Source: Sulfolobales archaeon HS-7 (lineage in GTDB: Archaea > Thermoproteota > Thermoprotei_A > Sulfolobales > Sulfolobaceae). From it: DNA of 64,000 nt. The number at the start of each line of letters is the position of its first letter. Position 1 is the first letter of the stretch. The notes under the pieces were generated by a model, which was not told the origin of the DNA, searched no databases, and worked only from the letters and a program-made list of their open reading frames with translations. Both the position numbers and the translations under genes were made by a program. The stretch is taken from contig AP024596.1 of NCBI GenBank assembly GCA_019704295.1, forward strand, positions 800,001 through 864,000. Reading direction: 5' to 3'. Below, piece by piece: positions 43,829-55,080 of the stretch.

Positions 43829-45219
43829 CAGTCTTGTTTCGCCAAAAAATCTCATGATTGTAAGAGATTATTAGAGTAATTTGTGTATAAAAATATAGGA
43901 TTAAGTTAACTTAAGAGGTATAACAATATGATATGTTTAGTTAAAATCTGCTATATTTTACAAGTTAATACTAGCAGACGCAAGAAGTTCTGAATTTATT
44001 TAACGAGGTCAAAACGAGGTACATATTCCATCCCCTAGCTTGAAAACGTCTAGAGGAGGTTAACGAACTGGTCAAACGCTAGGGGCTTCTCTCTCGGTGC
44101 CTTGAAGTTAAAAGAGAGGAAGAGGTACAAGTTCCAGGAAGTGTCGAGAAGTGGGTAGATCAGGTAAAGCTTGTTGCACAACCTCCTAATAAGTTCTATT
44201 CTAGCCTTCCTCGTCTTGAGCCCTTCCTCTATTTACCACCTCGACCTGTAGGTCTCGGCCAACTCGTAAGGATCTTTGTCAACGTTTGAGACGAAAACGA
44301 AGTGCATTGGTTTCCCCTTGTGTTTCACGTAAATCACGTCGTAATAGTAGAGTCCCTTGTGATCTAGCCTTCTATAAGCAACGTAAGTTCTGTCGTTAAC
44401 TGCGTGGTACCTCACGGTAAGGGGCTGGGCAAAGAGTTCCTTGACTCCCTTCAAGTTAGTTTTCCCTCTGATCACGGTTTTAGCGGGTAACTCCTTGAGG
44501 ATCTCGAGGTTGAGGAATCCAGCGTCAGCAACAACGTAACTCAAGTTAACGTGCTGTAAAGCCCTATTGACGAACTCTTGAAGAAACTCGGAGGGCTTTT
44601 GATCCCCCCGGAACTGCGAATTGGGTAACCACGTTACATCTCACGGGAGACAAGAGATCTGCGGATCTAACCTTGGCCTTTCCCGAGAAGAGTTTGTCCC
44701 CCACTCTCTCCGCCTCCTTCTCTCCCACCCTCAAGAAGGTCTCGTCGAATCCCAGCACGATCTTCTCATTAGTGAAAATTGTACACAGCTCCCAGAACTC
44801 GAAGGTTTTACCCAGAAGTTTACCTAGCTTTTTCCCTTGTCTTACAAGGGAAATGCAATCCTTTCCTCTATTTTCCGAGAGGAGGGATTTGCTCCTCTTG
44901 ATAACGTCCCGGGGATTAGAGGAAATCTTCTTAAACGCTTCCTCTACTATTAGCGCGGGACTTATCCCTTGGCTTTGGTTTCCGCATATCAAAATCTGGG
45001 AAGTCCCTCGCTTAAACTTTAACGTCCTCATTTCTACCCACTTGATAATACACAAGGTATTACTATACGTGTAAAAACTAGGTTACGTACCTTTTACAGA
45101 GATAAAAGTCGATATTTTCCTCACTTTAGCTGAAATTTAGCTAATTTCGACTCTTGAGCGAGATTCTCCCATGTTTTAAAAATTGTCTCATATTTAGTAA
45201 AATTGGCGAAATAAGACTG
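43829..45219 (-). mobile_element. ISH3-family IS (ISC1439-like, copy C), 1391 bp, transposase pseudogene
   Basis: TIRs CAGTCTTGTTTCGCCAA / TTGGCGAAATAAGACTG; 9-bp TSD CTAGTTTAC at 43820-43828 and 45220-45228. DDE fragments GFDET, VADAGF, YRSRW*IEEG. Confidence 0.95.
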
Positions 45220-45397
45220 CTAGTTTACAGACAATGCGTTAATCACAGTTACTAACGTACTAAGCTTCACAAGAACGTATCGGTTAACGAGATGGTCTAT
45301 GAGATAGACCTCATTCTTCATCGGACAGCATGTCCTAAATCGGGGTAGAAAGAATTCCTAAGTTTATTCAGAACTTCGTCAGTAGGTTGGTGGCAGT

Positions 45398-45961
45398 TTA
45401 CGCCATTTTGAGGGTGATTACGTATATTATTGTCAGCGTTACTACGCCAGCAACTAACATATATAGACCTGTTACTATTCCCTCTTTAACCTCTCGCTCA
45501 AATACCGTCCCCATTACGAAAAGTAAAGAAAAAGTTACACATAAGCTTAAGAATAGGCCCATATAGCCCCCTATTATACTATAAATTAATAAGATAACTA
45601 CCCCTATGAGAGGAGACGCAGCATGAGCGAGAGAAGACAGGACGACTAGCAGCTTTAAGGCTCTGTCATAGTAACTTCCTTTCATAGATTTAGCCATTTG
45701 GCCTTCTAATTTCTTTAGTTCCGCTTCAGCATCTCTAATCTCCACTATGAACGCATTACCCCCAGAGGATACGCTTATTCCAATTAGCCCGCTGAGGCCT
45801 AAAATTAAGGTAGAAAAGGAAGATTCTTTACTTATAAAACTGGCAAGAACTACGCTTATGGCGGTTATACTCCCATCAAACGAACCTAAGATAAAGTATT
45901 TTTTTAGGTATCCGTAAATATTCATTTCCCTAAACATTTCCTTTATTCTTGTAAAATCCAC
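45398..45961 (-). CDS. VIT1/CCC1-like membrane protein
   Basis: YFILGSFDG, E..AELKKLE..M.K, multiple TM helices. Confidence 0.8.
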   Translation of the reverse strand: MDFTRIKEMFREMNIYGYLKKYFILGSFDGSITAISVVLASFISKESSFSTLILGLSGLIGISVSSGGNAFIVEIRDAEAELKKLEGQMAKSMKGSYYDRALKLLVVLSSLAHAASPLIGVVILLIYSIIGGYMGLFLSLCVTFSLLFVMGTVFEREVKEGIVTGLYMLVAGVVTLTIIYVITLKMA

Positions 45962-46014
45962 TCAAGACCACCAATTATAGCACAATATTTAATTTAAGCG
46001 ATATTACTCTACCT

Positions 46015-46626
46015 ATGCTTTCAGAAAAAATAGCTATCTACATAGAAAAAATTACACCTAAACTAGAAGAAAGATTTGAAAATAGGGAAAAGGTACTACA
46101 GTTATCACGTGAAATTATACGTCTAAGTGGGGAAGCAATATCTTTTTCCCATAGAGGAAAGAGCGATTCTGCTGTAGAAAAGTTCCATCTTGCTATAGAT
46201 AAGGTTAGACAGGTGAAGGATTTAATACATGAATATCCCGAACTTCTCACTGGTGATGCAGGTACTGCATTCCAAGAGCTTACTGAAGCCTATATAGTTC
46301 TATCTTACCAGACAGATCGCTCTATCGAATTGCCGGAGGACATGAACATACCGATTATCTTTTACGTATTAGGAGTTGCGGACGCCGTAGGAGAATTAAG
46401 GAGGATTTGTTTAGAACAACTAAGGAAAGGTAATTACACCTATGCTCAGGAGATGTATAAGGAAATGGAAAATTTATACGAGATCTTATGGCGGCTAGAG
46501 TATCCTAAGGCCATGGTTCCATCTCTTAGACAGAAAATAGACAATTTGAGGCGCATACTAGAGGAAACCAGTCATGATCTTTTCTTGGCCTCAATAACGA
46601 CATATTCTAAGCACACTGATAAGTAA
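46015..46626 (+). CDS. Translin family protein
   Basis: RE..L..SR.I.R.S..AI..H, QELTEA, YVLGVADAVGELRR, LRQKID. Confidence 0.9.
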   Translation: MLSEKIAIYIEKITPKLEERFENREKVLQLSREIIRLSGEAISFSHRGKSDSAVEKFHLAIDKVRQVKDLIHEYPELLTGDAGTAFQELTEAYIVLSYQTDRSIELPEDMNIPIIFYVLGVADAVGELRRICLEQLRKGNYTYAQEMYKEMENLYEILWRLEYPKAMVPSLRQKIDNLRRILEETSHDLFLASITTYSKHTDK

Positions 46627-46627
46627 G

Positions 46628-47563
46628 CTATGTAGAATATGTAGTTACTCCTTCGTTACTTATTTCAGAGTCTATTAATTTAGCTCCACTTATTTTAAGC
46701 AAGTTTTCGGCTATTTCCGATTTTAGGCAGACTACAGCTCCTCCACCGCCGCCTCCACTAATCTTACACCCATCAATACTTAATTTCTTAGCCAGCCCTA
46801 TTATATAGTCGACTCTTTCATCTGTTATACCAAGCGCATTAAGAAGTCCGTGGTTAATATACATAAGACGGCCTATTTCTTCTTTTCTTCCCTCTACTAA
46901 CGCAGTTTTTGCTTTATTTGTTATTGTTTCGATTAGACCAAAAATTCCATTAACTAATTCCGGATTGCTCTGCTTTGTGATAGATACGCGCTTAAGGATA
47001 TCCCTTGTAGTTTCGCTTCTGATAATGTAGCCTACTGTAAATTTCAAATTCGTACTCAGCCTCTGTTCTTCGTTTTCGGTAAAGAAAATGATTCCTCCTA
47101 AAGCCTCTGTAAAAGTATCCATCCTACTTCCAATTTTTTGTACACTCTTCTCAATTTCAAATGATATTTTTGCTATTTCCTCTCTGCTTAACTTGTATCC
47201 TAGAAACGTAGAGTAGGCAGCAGTTGTTCCCACAACAACAGCAGCGCTGGTCCCGAGTCCCACTGAAGGTTCTACCTGAGTATCTATCTCAATTTCTACC
47301 GGTTTTTTTCCAAAATAGTCTATAACATGGATAATATAATTAAATAATTCTTTAGCTACAGGATTTATTATTATAGAAGAATCAAGATCAATCGTAACTC
47401 CCTTAATTGTGAGGCTGGGAGAGGATACTATTATCCTGTTATTTCCTTGCTTAATCTTTACATAAAGATATTCATTTATTGTAGCTGCAATTGCCGGCTT
47501 GTTATAGACAATTGCATGTTCACCAAAGAGTGTAACCTTAAGAGGAACTTTTGCTATAATCAT
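46628..47563 (-). CDS. mvk: Mevalonate kinase
   Basis: PLKVTLFGEHAIVY, GLGTSAA, KISGGGGGG. Confidence 0.93.
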   Translation of the reverse strand: MIIAKVPLKVTLFGEHAIVYNKPAIAATINEYLYVKIKQGNNRIIVSSPSLTIKGVTIDLDSSIIINPVAKELFNYIIHVIDYFGKKPVEIEIDTQVEPSVGLGTSAAVVVGTTAAYSTFLGYKLSREEIAKISFEIEKSVQKIGSRMDTFTEALGGIIFFTENEEQRLSTNLKFTVGYIIRSETTRDILKRVSITKQSNPELVNGIFGLIETITNKAKTALVEGRKEEIGRLMYINHGLLNALGITDERVDYIIGLAKKLSIDGCKISGGGGGGAVVCLKSEIAENLLKISGAKLIDSEISNEGVTTYST

Positions 47564-47631
47564 ATTTTCTTAACACTTTTTATAAAGTGAAAAGAGTATC
47601 GGGGTACAACACAAACCTATAATACTTCCCT

Positions 47632-47768
47632 GAGTTCTCGGAATTTTAGAGTAGTAAGTAAAAAGCAATTTAAGGTTTTCAATTCAGATAAGGTTATTCT
47701 AATAACCGTTAGTGCTAATTACGTGAAGTTCTGAAAAGTGCTAAACCTAGCTACTAATTAGAGAGCCC
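47632..47768. mobile_element. Possible MITE (137 bp)
   Basis: Imperfect terminal inverted repeats GAGTTCTCGGAATT ... AATTAGAGAGCCC; no TSD seen. Confidence 0.3.
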
Positions 47769-47900
47769 TTAGGTAGTTAAGTTTGTAGTAACCTGAATTA
47801 CATTTATGAATATAAGTAACTACTATACGTAAATCATAAGACTCAGGTTTTGATATTGTAGTGAGAAAAACTACTTATACGTTATTCTCAAAGTAGTCTA

Positions 47901-48563
47901 CTACTCCTGATTAAGCAATCTATTCGCTTCTTCTATCGTAAGAGTTTTTTGACTGTTATTTTTCCTAAATTTTAAAGTAATAGTGTTATTTAATTTATCT
48001 CGTTCACTTATAATTCCTATTATTGGAATTAAACTATTAGCAACTTTTCTTAACTTTTTTGAAAACTTCTCATTACTGCTGTCAACCCTAATTCTCCCCC
48101 TTAACTTCTTTGATATCTCTACAGCATCTTTCTTTAATTCAGGAGAAGTAGGAATTATAATTAGCTGAATTGGGGCAAGCCATATAGGTAGGACAGGCGT
48201 TGGTTGGGATAGAACCTCATCGAGTATTAGGCAAAGATTACTCTCTATATCTATATTTATTTTTCTTACTATAGAAAATAACTTTATGGATAAATCTTCA
48301 ATTAGATAAAGAAACGAAACATCAATTGAAACTATGTAATTTGTGAAAACCATAGGACAGGTAGTCTGCGTTTTATAAACTTCCGTCTGATAGTATTGGG
48401 AGCACGTTAAACTTTCAGGAGGAAGTTTTTGTAATATATGTTTCTTTAAAGTCTCAATCATAAAGCGTATATCGTCGGTAGAAAATTCTTCGAAAACACT
48501 ACATTTTTCTTTCAGCCTAACACATTCTACTTCTATTCGATGTGAAGACATATGTATGTACAA
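47901..48563 (-). pseudogene. ThrRS anticodon-binding-domain protein, likely N-terminally truncated ThrRS editing subunit
   Basis: PVLPIWLAPIQ..RIRVD..KKLR..IPIIGI..N.ITLK anticodon-binding domain. Upstream frame closed by stops. Confidence 0.6.
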
Positions 48564-48978
48564 CCTCGTATGAACTAAGAATAATAATGGCTAGGTGTTA
48601 TAGTAAGAAGCAGGTACGTGTGTAAGGATTTTTTATATATTAACGCATCTCTATTCATATTGGTTTGAATATTCCTGATGTTTTCATTATATGAAGTGAT
48701 TATGGCTACTTTTCTATAACTCGACAAAATATCGTTTTTACCTACAGTCGTCATTTAGGAATTTCTTACGAGGTCCTTTTAAACTTTTACTCTAAGATGA
48801 TGTTTTGAAGGTTAGCAATTTTTATCACCACCCAGAAAGTGGATGAAGATCTTAATTGTAAACTATTATCTAAGTTTAAAGTAAGGTATACTATGTTTAA
48901 CGAAATAATTTCAATATATCTAAAAAGAATCAAACTAGAGAACGCCTTTGAATACATGGTCTAAAAATTAACTTATAA

Positions 48979-49027
48979 TCAGATTTTCCAGCGTATATCA
49001 CTTTTCATACGACCCTCTGTTCATCAT
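48979..49027 (-). ncRNA. Box C/D sRNA candidate
   Basis: ATGATGA(C)-ACAGAGGGTCGT-ATGA(D')-aaa-GTGATAT(C')-ACGCTGGAAAAT-CTGA(D); canonical 12-nt guides. Confidence 0.75.
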
Positions 49028-49299
49028 CCATCTTATATGTCTAATATCTCCTTAGCCTACAAACTTAAAACTATCTCGCTTACTACACTTTTAGAGTTCG
49101 ACTTTTATCGCAACTACCAGTCACTTTTCGTGATTATTAGTTACTTAACCACATCACTCTTTTTACCTTCCAGTCCCTAAGGTAGCGAGACTACCTCCCA
49201 GCCATGAGACGTAACAGTGTCTTACGCATAATAAATGTTATTTACTTTATTAACTTAATTTTTAGGAAAAAATAAGTATCACGAACATAACTCGAAGAA

Positions 49300-50060
49300 T
49301 AATACTTAAGGGGAATTATGTGTGGATCGTACTATGATCACGATAACTAAGCCTACGTAATGACCCATGAGGCGCTACATGCTTCGCCTCTAACACGACT
49401 ATAGGAACATGAGTCTCCAACGGTACCTAGATCAACGTTATGTTCCTTGACGTTCTTGCTCTTGGCAAACTTGCACCTCTTAAGACTAAACCATTGTAGA
49501 GACTGTTATTCTCATCCCTAGTGTAGCATGTTTTCCCGTGGAAACGTTGAGACACACATCTAGAGGCTTGTACCTGATCTCAGGGAAATTGATCCAAGAA
49601 GGAAACCTCATGAGGTACTTGCGTCTCTCCATGAGAGGAGAAGGGATCAACTCTTCTCCCATTTCCCGCGAAATTACGCCCTTAGGGGAGGTAGCTGGGG
49701 CAAGAAGTAGGGAAAACGCTGTTCTGAGGGAGGTGCTTCGCTTAGATCTCCTCAAGATCCTCATGGTTTGCAAGGTTAAGATAGTTCTAGCCAACGTTTC
49801 CGACTTTAAATCTCCCATCTGTAACGTGATCACGCTCGTGGACAGGGGGTTTGCGGAGAGAGGCAAGGTGATCAGAGTCAAGAGGGGCTTGGGAGTACTG
49901 GGAGGAGGTGCTCTCCAAAGCTTTCCTCATAACATGAGAGCCCACTAGAGGAGCATGAGGGGATTGAACGCCTTTGCCAACCTCCTGGGCCTAGCTTACA
50001 ATATTTGGCGGTTTAGGCCCATTAGTAAACCTTAAAATCTCCACTTAAAATCCCACTAGA
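49300..50060 (+). mobile_element. Degraded DDE transposase (IS5/IS982-like) relic
   Basis: GC-rich tract translating to ANVSD, LVDRGF and RSMRGLNAFANLLGLAYNIW; multiple stops. Ends are approximate. Confidence 0.55.
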
Positions 50061-50064
50061 GAAG

Positions 50065-50235
50065 CTCGTTTCCAACCTTGATTCTCGAAAGTTTCTAGAT
50101 TAGTTGCGAGTAGTCTTGATAAACTGACCTTTATTATTCGCTTTAATAATTAAGCGAATTAAATTCTAGACTTACGCGTTTCATAACTTTTTACTTTATT
50201 TAGTTATTCACTTTGGTTACACATTGGACATAGTA
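50065..50235. repeat. Dispersed repeat (IS-end/MITE-like), homologous to 62238-62415
   Basis: Shared CTCGTT..CCTTGATTCTCGAAA, TAAACT, TTTTTACTTTAT.TA.TTATTCA, ACATT. Confidence 0.6.
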
Positions 50236-50469
50236 GCATGTAAGTAATAGTATAGAGAAAACCTAGCAGTTTACTCTATATAATAATAAACCCCTTTTAC
50301 CGGAAAAATAAACGTCTTGTTTGATACGAAACACAACGTTTTCCCCAATTTTTAAATGAAGTCATTTTACTTCAATTCTTTTTCATAATCGACTCTATAG
50401 TCCTATTGAAAAACTTAGAAGAGAGGCGTTAATGAGAAAAAATAAAATCCTCATATAGAATTTAATAAT

Positions 50470-50569
50470 GCGGAGGTGCCCGAGCCTGGTCAAAGGGGGC
50501 GGACTTAAGACCTCTAAGTAAGAGATCCGCTGGCGTAGGCCTGCATGGGTTCAAATCCCACCCTCCGCA
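50470..50569 (+). tRNA. tRNA-Leu(TAA) with 15-nt intron at 37/38 (50510-50524)
   Basis: GCGGA-CT TAA G[ACCTCTAAGTAAGAG]A-TCCGC; CTTA pairs with TAAG (BHB). Confidence 0.93.
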
Positions 50570-51504
50570 CTCTAAAAGCAGCAATATTCTGTTACACGGC
50601 GGTTTAAATAGGGCCTTTCTAGAATATATTTAAATATCTATCAAAAAGTTGCATCTGGGTTAGTAAGTTCAGAGGACAAAAGTTAATTATTAAATTTTTG
50701 TTAGGGTAGTAAAAGACACCTCCTTTTAGCCACAGGTAACAGGATTTATATGCATTAAAATTAGTTATGCAATCATGCGGAAATGCGTGACATGACCGAC
50801 TTAACAAGAAGCAGAAGATAGCAATTTACGCGGTAAGTGACATAACGGAAGAGGTAAAAAAATTGCTAGAGAAGGAAAAAAGGCCACTCATGAATCTTAT
50901 ATAGGTTTATTAGTTGAGGAGAGTAATACTCCTCAGCTAGGGAAACATGGTCGCTCACATATCAGTGTCTAATGCGTAATTAATGCGATCAACTAGATAA
51001 ACTAAAAAGTTATAAAATACGTCAGTGTAGAATTCAATTTATTCAACTATAAGAGTAAAGATAATATAAAATCACTTTATTAGGTATAATCAAAAGTAAC
51101 AACATATTTTTCGCAATAAAGGATAGGAACAAGGTTTTCAGCGTCATTAATTGAACGTTTAATGAGGATACCGCCAGACTTTGTGAGCTTAGGAAGTTAA
51201 CAAAGGAGTTTTATCTCCTGAAATCCTCATATTGTCCTAATTGAGCATTGTGAGGTGTATTATTGTATATATTAAAATTTTTAAAGTAAACAGCATTTAT
51301 TGCGCATTGGACACTGTCACGTGACAAATTAGTAAGTAATATAGAAATCCGGATTAGAATATCGATATATAGTTGATTACCTATAAGCATATGGCTTCAT
51401 GGGATTTTGGATCTAGCAAGGGGGAAAGAGTTCACATTTTATTAGTATACTTAGCGAAAACTCTATTTTCGACATTGCTAGACTATTTCCCTAAAACATG
51501 TTAT

Positions 51505-52707
51505 TTATTTCGATGCCTTCGTTGAAACAATTTTAATTATCGAACCGTCATTAACCTCATAGTCAGCACCGATTTTAATTTTTCTCTTTACATCTATAGC
51601 ATAAAGGAAACCTTCACCAAGATCTGTGTGAATTGCATAAGCGACATCTATAGCTTTACTTCCACGCGGCATAATTAGTGCGTCAGGTAACACATTACCG
51701 TTTCTATCCGTATATTTTTTTTCATCTTCTACAGGATATACTACAATATTATTTCCGGCATTAAAGGTGGCTATATTTAACGCCTCTTGCACACCTGTCG
51801 AACCGTATACATCGAGAACGCTTTGCTTTATGTAATTTAATGCATTAAGTTGTTGTTCGCTTAGTTGTCCATTTATATCAAATGACGACTCTCCAGGAAT
51901 GTATCGTATCAGTCCTGCCTTATCTGCTTTCCTTAAGGCTAACTCTGCCTGAGCGCTCGCCGGGATGACGTATTGGTATTTAGTTTTAAGCCTTTCTATT
52001 ATTTTTTTAGCCTCTTCCTTATCCGCCTTATTAGCCACAATAACTATAGGTTTAGAGACATTCCTTAATGTTAATGCAAATCTTTGAATTTTATCGTTGC
52101 TCCACGAAGTTAATTTCTCATTCATTAAGTCAGCCTTTCTAAGGGCTTCGATAATATTTTTTCTATTTATTGAAAGACCGGATAATTTAGACAATAAAGA
52201 ATCTACTACATCTTTTCCCGTTAAGTCTACGGTTTTGGCGAATTTATCCCAATCTTTTTTCACAATATCTGTAAACCAAGTATCGAACTCTCCTTGAATT
52301 GATACTATCTCAACTTCTGGGTCATAACTACCTGCTGGAACTGGTTTTCCCTCTTCATCAGTAGAACCGCTTGCGTCGATTACATGTAATAAGACATCAG
52401 CTCTCCTAAGTTCATCGAGAAATCTATTTCCTAGACCTTTACCCTCATGTGCTCCTGGAATAAGCCCAGCCACATCAACCAGGGTTACGGGGATGAATCT
52501 GTACTTATCTATACAAATTGAATTCCTTGGTCTGCATTTAACCCCGAGCTCGTTATGTGCACATAATACCTTTACGTAACCTACCCCCTTGTTCGGTTCT
52601 ATTGTGACGAAAGGTCTATTGGCAATGGGAACATCTATTAGTGTCGCTGCAGAAAAAAACGTGCTTTTACCAACATTTGTCTTCCCTATAAGTCCTATGG
52701 TGATCAT
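51505..52707 (-). CDS. ychF: YchF/Obg-family ATPase with TGS domain
   Basis: GKTNVGKST, PFVTIEPN, DVAGL, GLGNRFL, IHTDL. Confidence 0.93.
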   Translation of the reverse strand: MITIGLIGKTNVGKSTFFSAATLIDVPIANRPFVTIEPNKGVGYVKVLCAHNELGVKCRPRNSICIDKYRFIPVTLVDVAGLIPGAHEGKGLGNRFLDELRRADVLLHVIDASGSTDEEGKPVPAGSYDPEVEIVSIQGEFDTWFTDIVKKDWDKFAKTVDLTGKDVVDSLLSKLSGLSINRKNIIEALRKADLMNEKLTSWSNDKIQRFALTLRNVSKPIVIVANKADKEEAKKIIERLKTKYQYVIPASAQAELALRKADKAGLIRYIPGESSFDINGQLSEQQLNALNYIKQSVLDVYGSTGVQEALNIATFNAGNNIVVYPVEDEKKYTDRNGNVLPDALIMPRGSKAIDVAYAIHTDLGEGFLYAIDVKRKIKIGADYEVNDGSIIKIVSTKASK

Positions 52708-52776
52708 TTGACGTTCACGTATGGAATATGCTTACACTTATTAATTAGATTAAAGAAACATGTTTGAGGACATTAA

Positions 52777-53421
52777 ATGGTTGCATCAGCCTATGCTATG
52801 ATATCTGGCCTCTATAAAAATAAAGGGTTCGTGGAAACTATAAAGAGAAGACTTCAAGAGTATAGGAGTACAGCTTCCATAATTAGGGTTGAAAGACCGA
52901 CTCGTTTGGATAGAGCAAGAGCCTTAGGTTATAAAGCGAAACAAGGAATAATAGTGGTAAGGGTGCGTGTAAGGAAAGGCGGACTTAACAAAATCAGGCC
53001 TATTTCGGGAAGGAGACCGAAGAGAATGGGTGTGCAGGGTTATTCGCCCGCTAAAAGTAAGAGACTCATTGCCGAGGAAAGAGCGGCCAGAAAGTATCCA
53101 AATATGGAAGTTATAGGAAGCTACTACATTGCTGAAGATGGACTATATAAGTATTATGAGGTAATATTGGCAGATCCTAACCATCCAAGTGTAAAAAATA
53201 GCAAGGAATTTAAATGGTTACAATATCCTGCTAATAGAAGAAGGGTATTCAGAGGAATTACATCACCTGGTAAGAAAATGAGGGGCTTATACAAGTCAAG
53301 GGGACTAAAAGGCACCTTAAAACATAAGAACAAACGCAAAATAAGGGAGAGAGAGGAAAAGAAAAGGCATGAAGGTTCTAGGTACTACAGGCTTCAGGGG
53401 ACTAAGGCCCCTGGTAAGTGA
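52777..53421 (+). CDS. rpl15e: 50S ribosomal protein L15e
   Basis: [36 protein letters not shown]. Confidence 0.97.
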   Translation: MVASAYAMISGLYKNKGFVETIKRRLQEYRSTASIIRVERPTRLDRARALGYKAKQGIIVVRVRVRKGGLNKIRPISGRRPKRMGVQGYSPAKSKRLIAEERAARKYPNMEVIGSYYIAEDGLYKYYEVILADPNHPSVKNSKEFKWLQYPANRRRVFRGITSPGKKMRGLYKSRGLKGTLKHKNKRKIREREEKKRHEGSRYYRLQGTKAPGK

Positions 53422-53849
53422 CGTTGAAAGTTAGTAAGGTAATACTGTCAGCGTTTATCTATGAGACCGAAGATCCAGAATTAATAGTTGGAAAAATAGA
53501 TAGATTACTGGAAGGATTCAATTCTAATAAGAGTATGAGAAAAGTAGACGGATATTATAGAACGTCTATAGGAATCGTGGAGTACGTATTGGAAAAAAAG
53601 GAAGCTTCGTATTTCTTTAAAAAAATTCTCAAACTACTTGACAAAAATGATCTATATTTACTACTGGCCACTTATAATGAAAAATTAGATAGAAGCAGAT
53701 TACATTTACGGTTTGACAAGCAAAAGTTTATAGCACTGGATAAGTTATCCCTTACCGACAAAGGAGACGTAATTAAGGTAATTGTATCATTAAATATATA
53801 TAAGAACGATTCATTAATTGAGGAATTAAAGCAAAATGTTTTTAATTGA
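53418..53849 (+). CDS. DUF54 RNA-binding protein
   Basis: [17 protein letters not shown]; syntenic with rpl15e. Confidence 0.85.
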   Translation: MTLKVSKVILSAFIYETEDPELIVGKIDRLLEGFNSNKSMRKVDGYYRTSIGIVEYVLEKKEASYFFKKILKLLDKNDLYLLLATYNEKLDRSRLHLRFDKQKFIALDKLSLTDKGDVIKVIVSLNIYKNDSLIEELKQNVFN

Positions 53850-54369
53850 ACCGTGTATCGCTGATCCATCATTACTTGACGCTATTAAGAAAGTTGGATA
53901 TACGTTTGCCATAACGGAAAAAAGGGACAGGATAACGATATTAGCTGATTCGAGGTACGATGTTAAAAGAGCAGTGAACAAATATAAGAATAAAATTCTG
54001 TTCGTTAGACCTCTGTCAGATGAGGGGTTTAGATCTGCGGTAAAGGAAGAGAGTGTAAGAGGTTTATCTTTTGATAATAAAAACGTCTCCCTTATCAACA
54101 AGAAAATATTCAGAACGTTAAAGAAAAGTCGGAAGCTTGTAGAAGTCAATGTAAACAAGATTTCTTTTTTCCATTTGTCTTTACTTATTTCAGCATCTTC
54201 CTCAGCAAACAGGCTTTTACTTTCCTCATGTGCTGAGAATAAATCTGAGCTGTGGTCGCCTCTAAGTAAGGTAAGCCTTCTCAAGTTCATCGGTCTTTCC
54301 GCTGAGGATAGCATTTGGTCTGTATATCACCTTCCACGACTGTTATTAAAGGGGGATATTAGAACGTAA
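53836..54369 (+). CDS. RNase P subunit Rpp30-like
   Basis: VEVN, LLSSCAENKSELWSP; position after rpl15e-DUF54. Confidence 0.7.
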   Translation: MFLIEPCIADPSLLDAIKKVGYTFAITEKRDRITILADSRYDVKRAVNKYKNKILFVRPLSDEGFRSAVKEESVRGLSFDNKNVSLINKKIFRTLKKSRKLVEVNVNKISFFHLSLLISASSSANRLLLSSCAENKSELWSPLSKVSLLKFIGLSAEDSIWSVYHLPRLLLKGDIRT

Positions 54370-55061
54370 TGAAAAGGTTATGCGCATTAGCATCTGGCGG
54401 AAAGGACAGTAATTATGCTATTCATTGGGCGATGACTAAAGGTTTCGATGTAATTCTATTAATAACATTCATACCTGCTAGAGGCGATTCATGGATGTTT
54501 CAAAAAGTTGGCACAGAGCTAGTAAGTGTACAGGCTGAAGCATTAGGCATTTCGATTAGGTTTTTTCATTCTTCGGGGAAAAAAGAGAATGAATATAACG
54601 AACTAGTAAACGCTTTTAATTATTGTAAAAAAATTGGGGGAGAAGGTGTTCTAACAGGAGCTCTCAGATCGGATTACCAGAGAATCAACATAGCGTTAGC
54701 CGCGTATGAAGTAGGATTAAGGACATTTAACCCGTTGTGGAGAAAGGACGAATTTTCATATGTGAAAGAGCTAGTTGCTTTTGGTTTCAAATTTGTTGTG
54801 ATTTCATATTCTGCACTAGGTTTTCCCTCTTCTCTTCTAGGCAAGGAGGTTGATAAAGAGGAAATATTAGAACTTTTGAGTGCCGCAAAAAAATACAACT
54901 TCAGTCCTGCTTTTGAAGGAGGAGAAGCTGAGACTTTCGTTACTAGTGCCCCCTTCTACAGTTTTAGTATCAGTATTACCGGTAAACCGTACATAATAGA
55001 CGAGTTCTCCGGAATATATTTAATAGATCAAGTTAAGAAAATTCCTAAAAGAGTTCAGTAG
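54369..55061 (+). CDS. Diphthine-ammonia ligase (Dph6) family PP-loop ATPase
   Basis: SGGKDS, SWMF, GALRSDYQ, PLW, FEGGEAET. Confidence 0.9.
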   Translation: MKRLCALASGGKDSNYAIHWAMTKGFDVILLITFIPARGDSWMFQKVGTELVSVQAEALGISIRFFHSSGKKENEYNELVNAFNYCKKIGGEGVLTGALRSDYQRINIALAAYEVGLRTFNPLWRKDEFSYVKELVAFGFKFVVISYSALGFPSSLLGKEVDKEEILELLSAAKKYNFSPAFEGGEAETFVTSAPFYSFSISITGKPYIIDEFSGIYLIDQVKKIPKRVQ

Positions 55062-55080
55062 GTTATTGAATATTACCCGT

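Noticed and set aside
50770-50910. Short protein-like frame (..KKQKIAIYAVSDITEEVKKLLEKEKRP..)
   Set aside because: Too short and flanked by stops; no family recognisable, so left unannotated.
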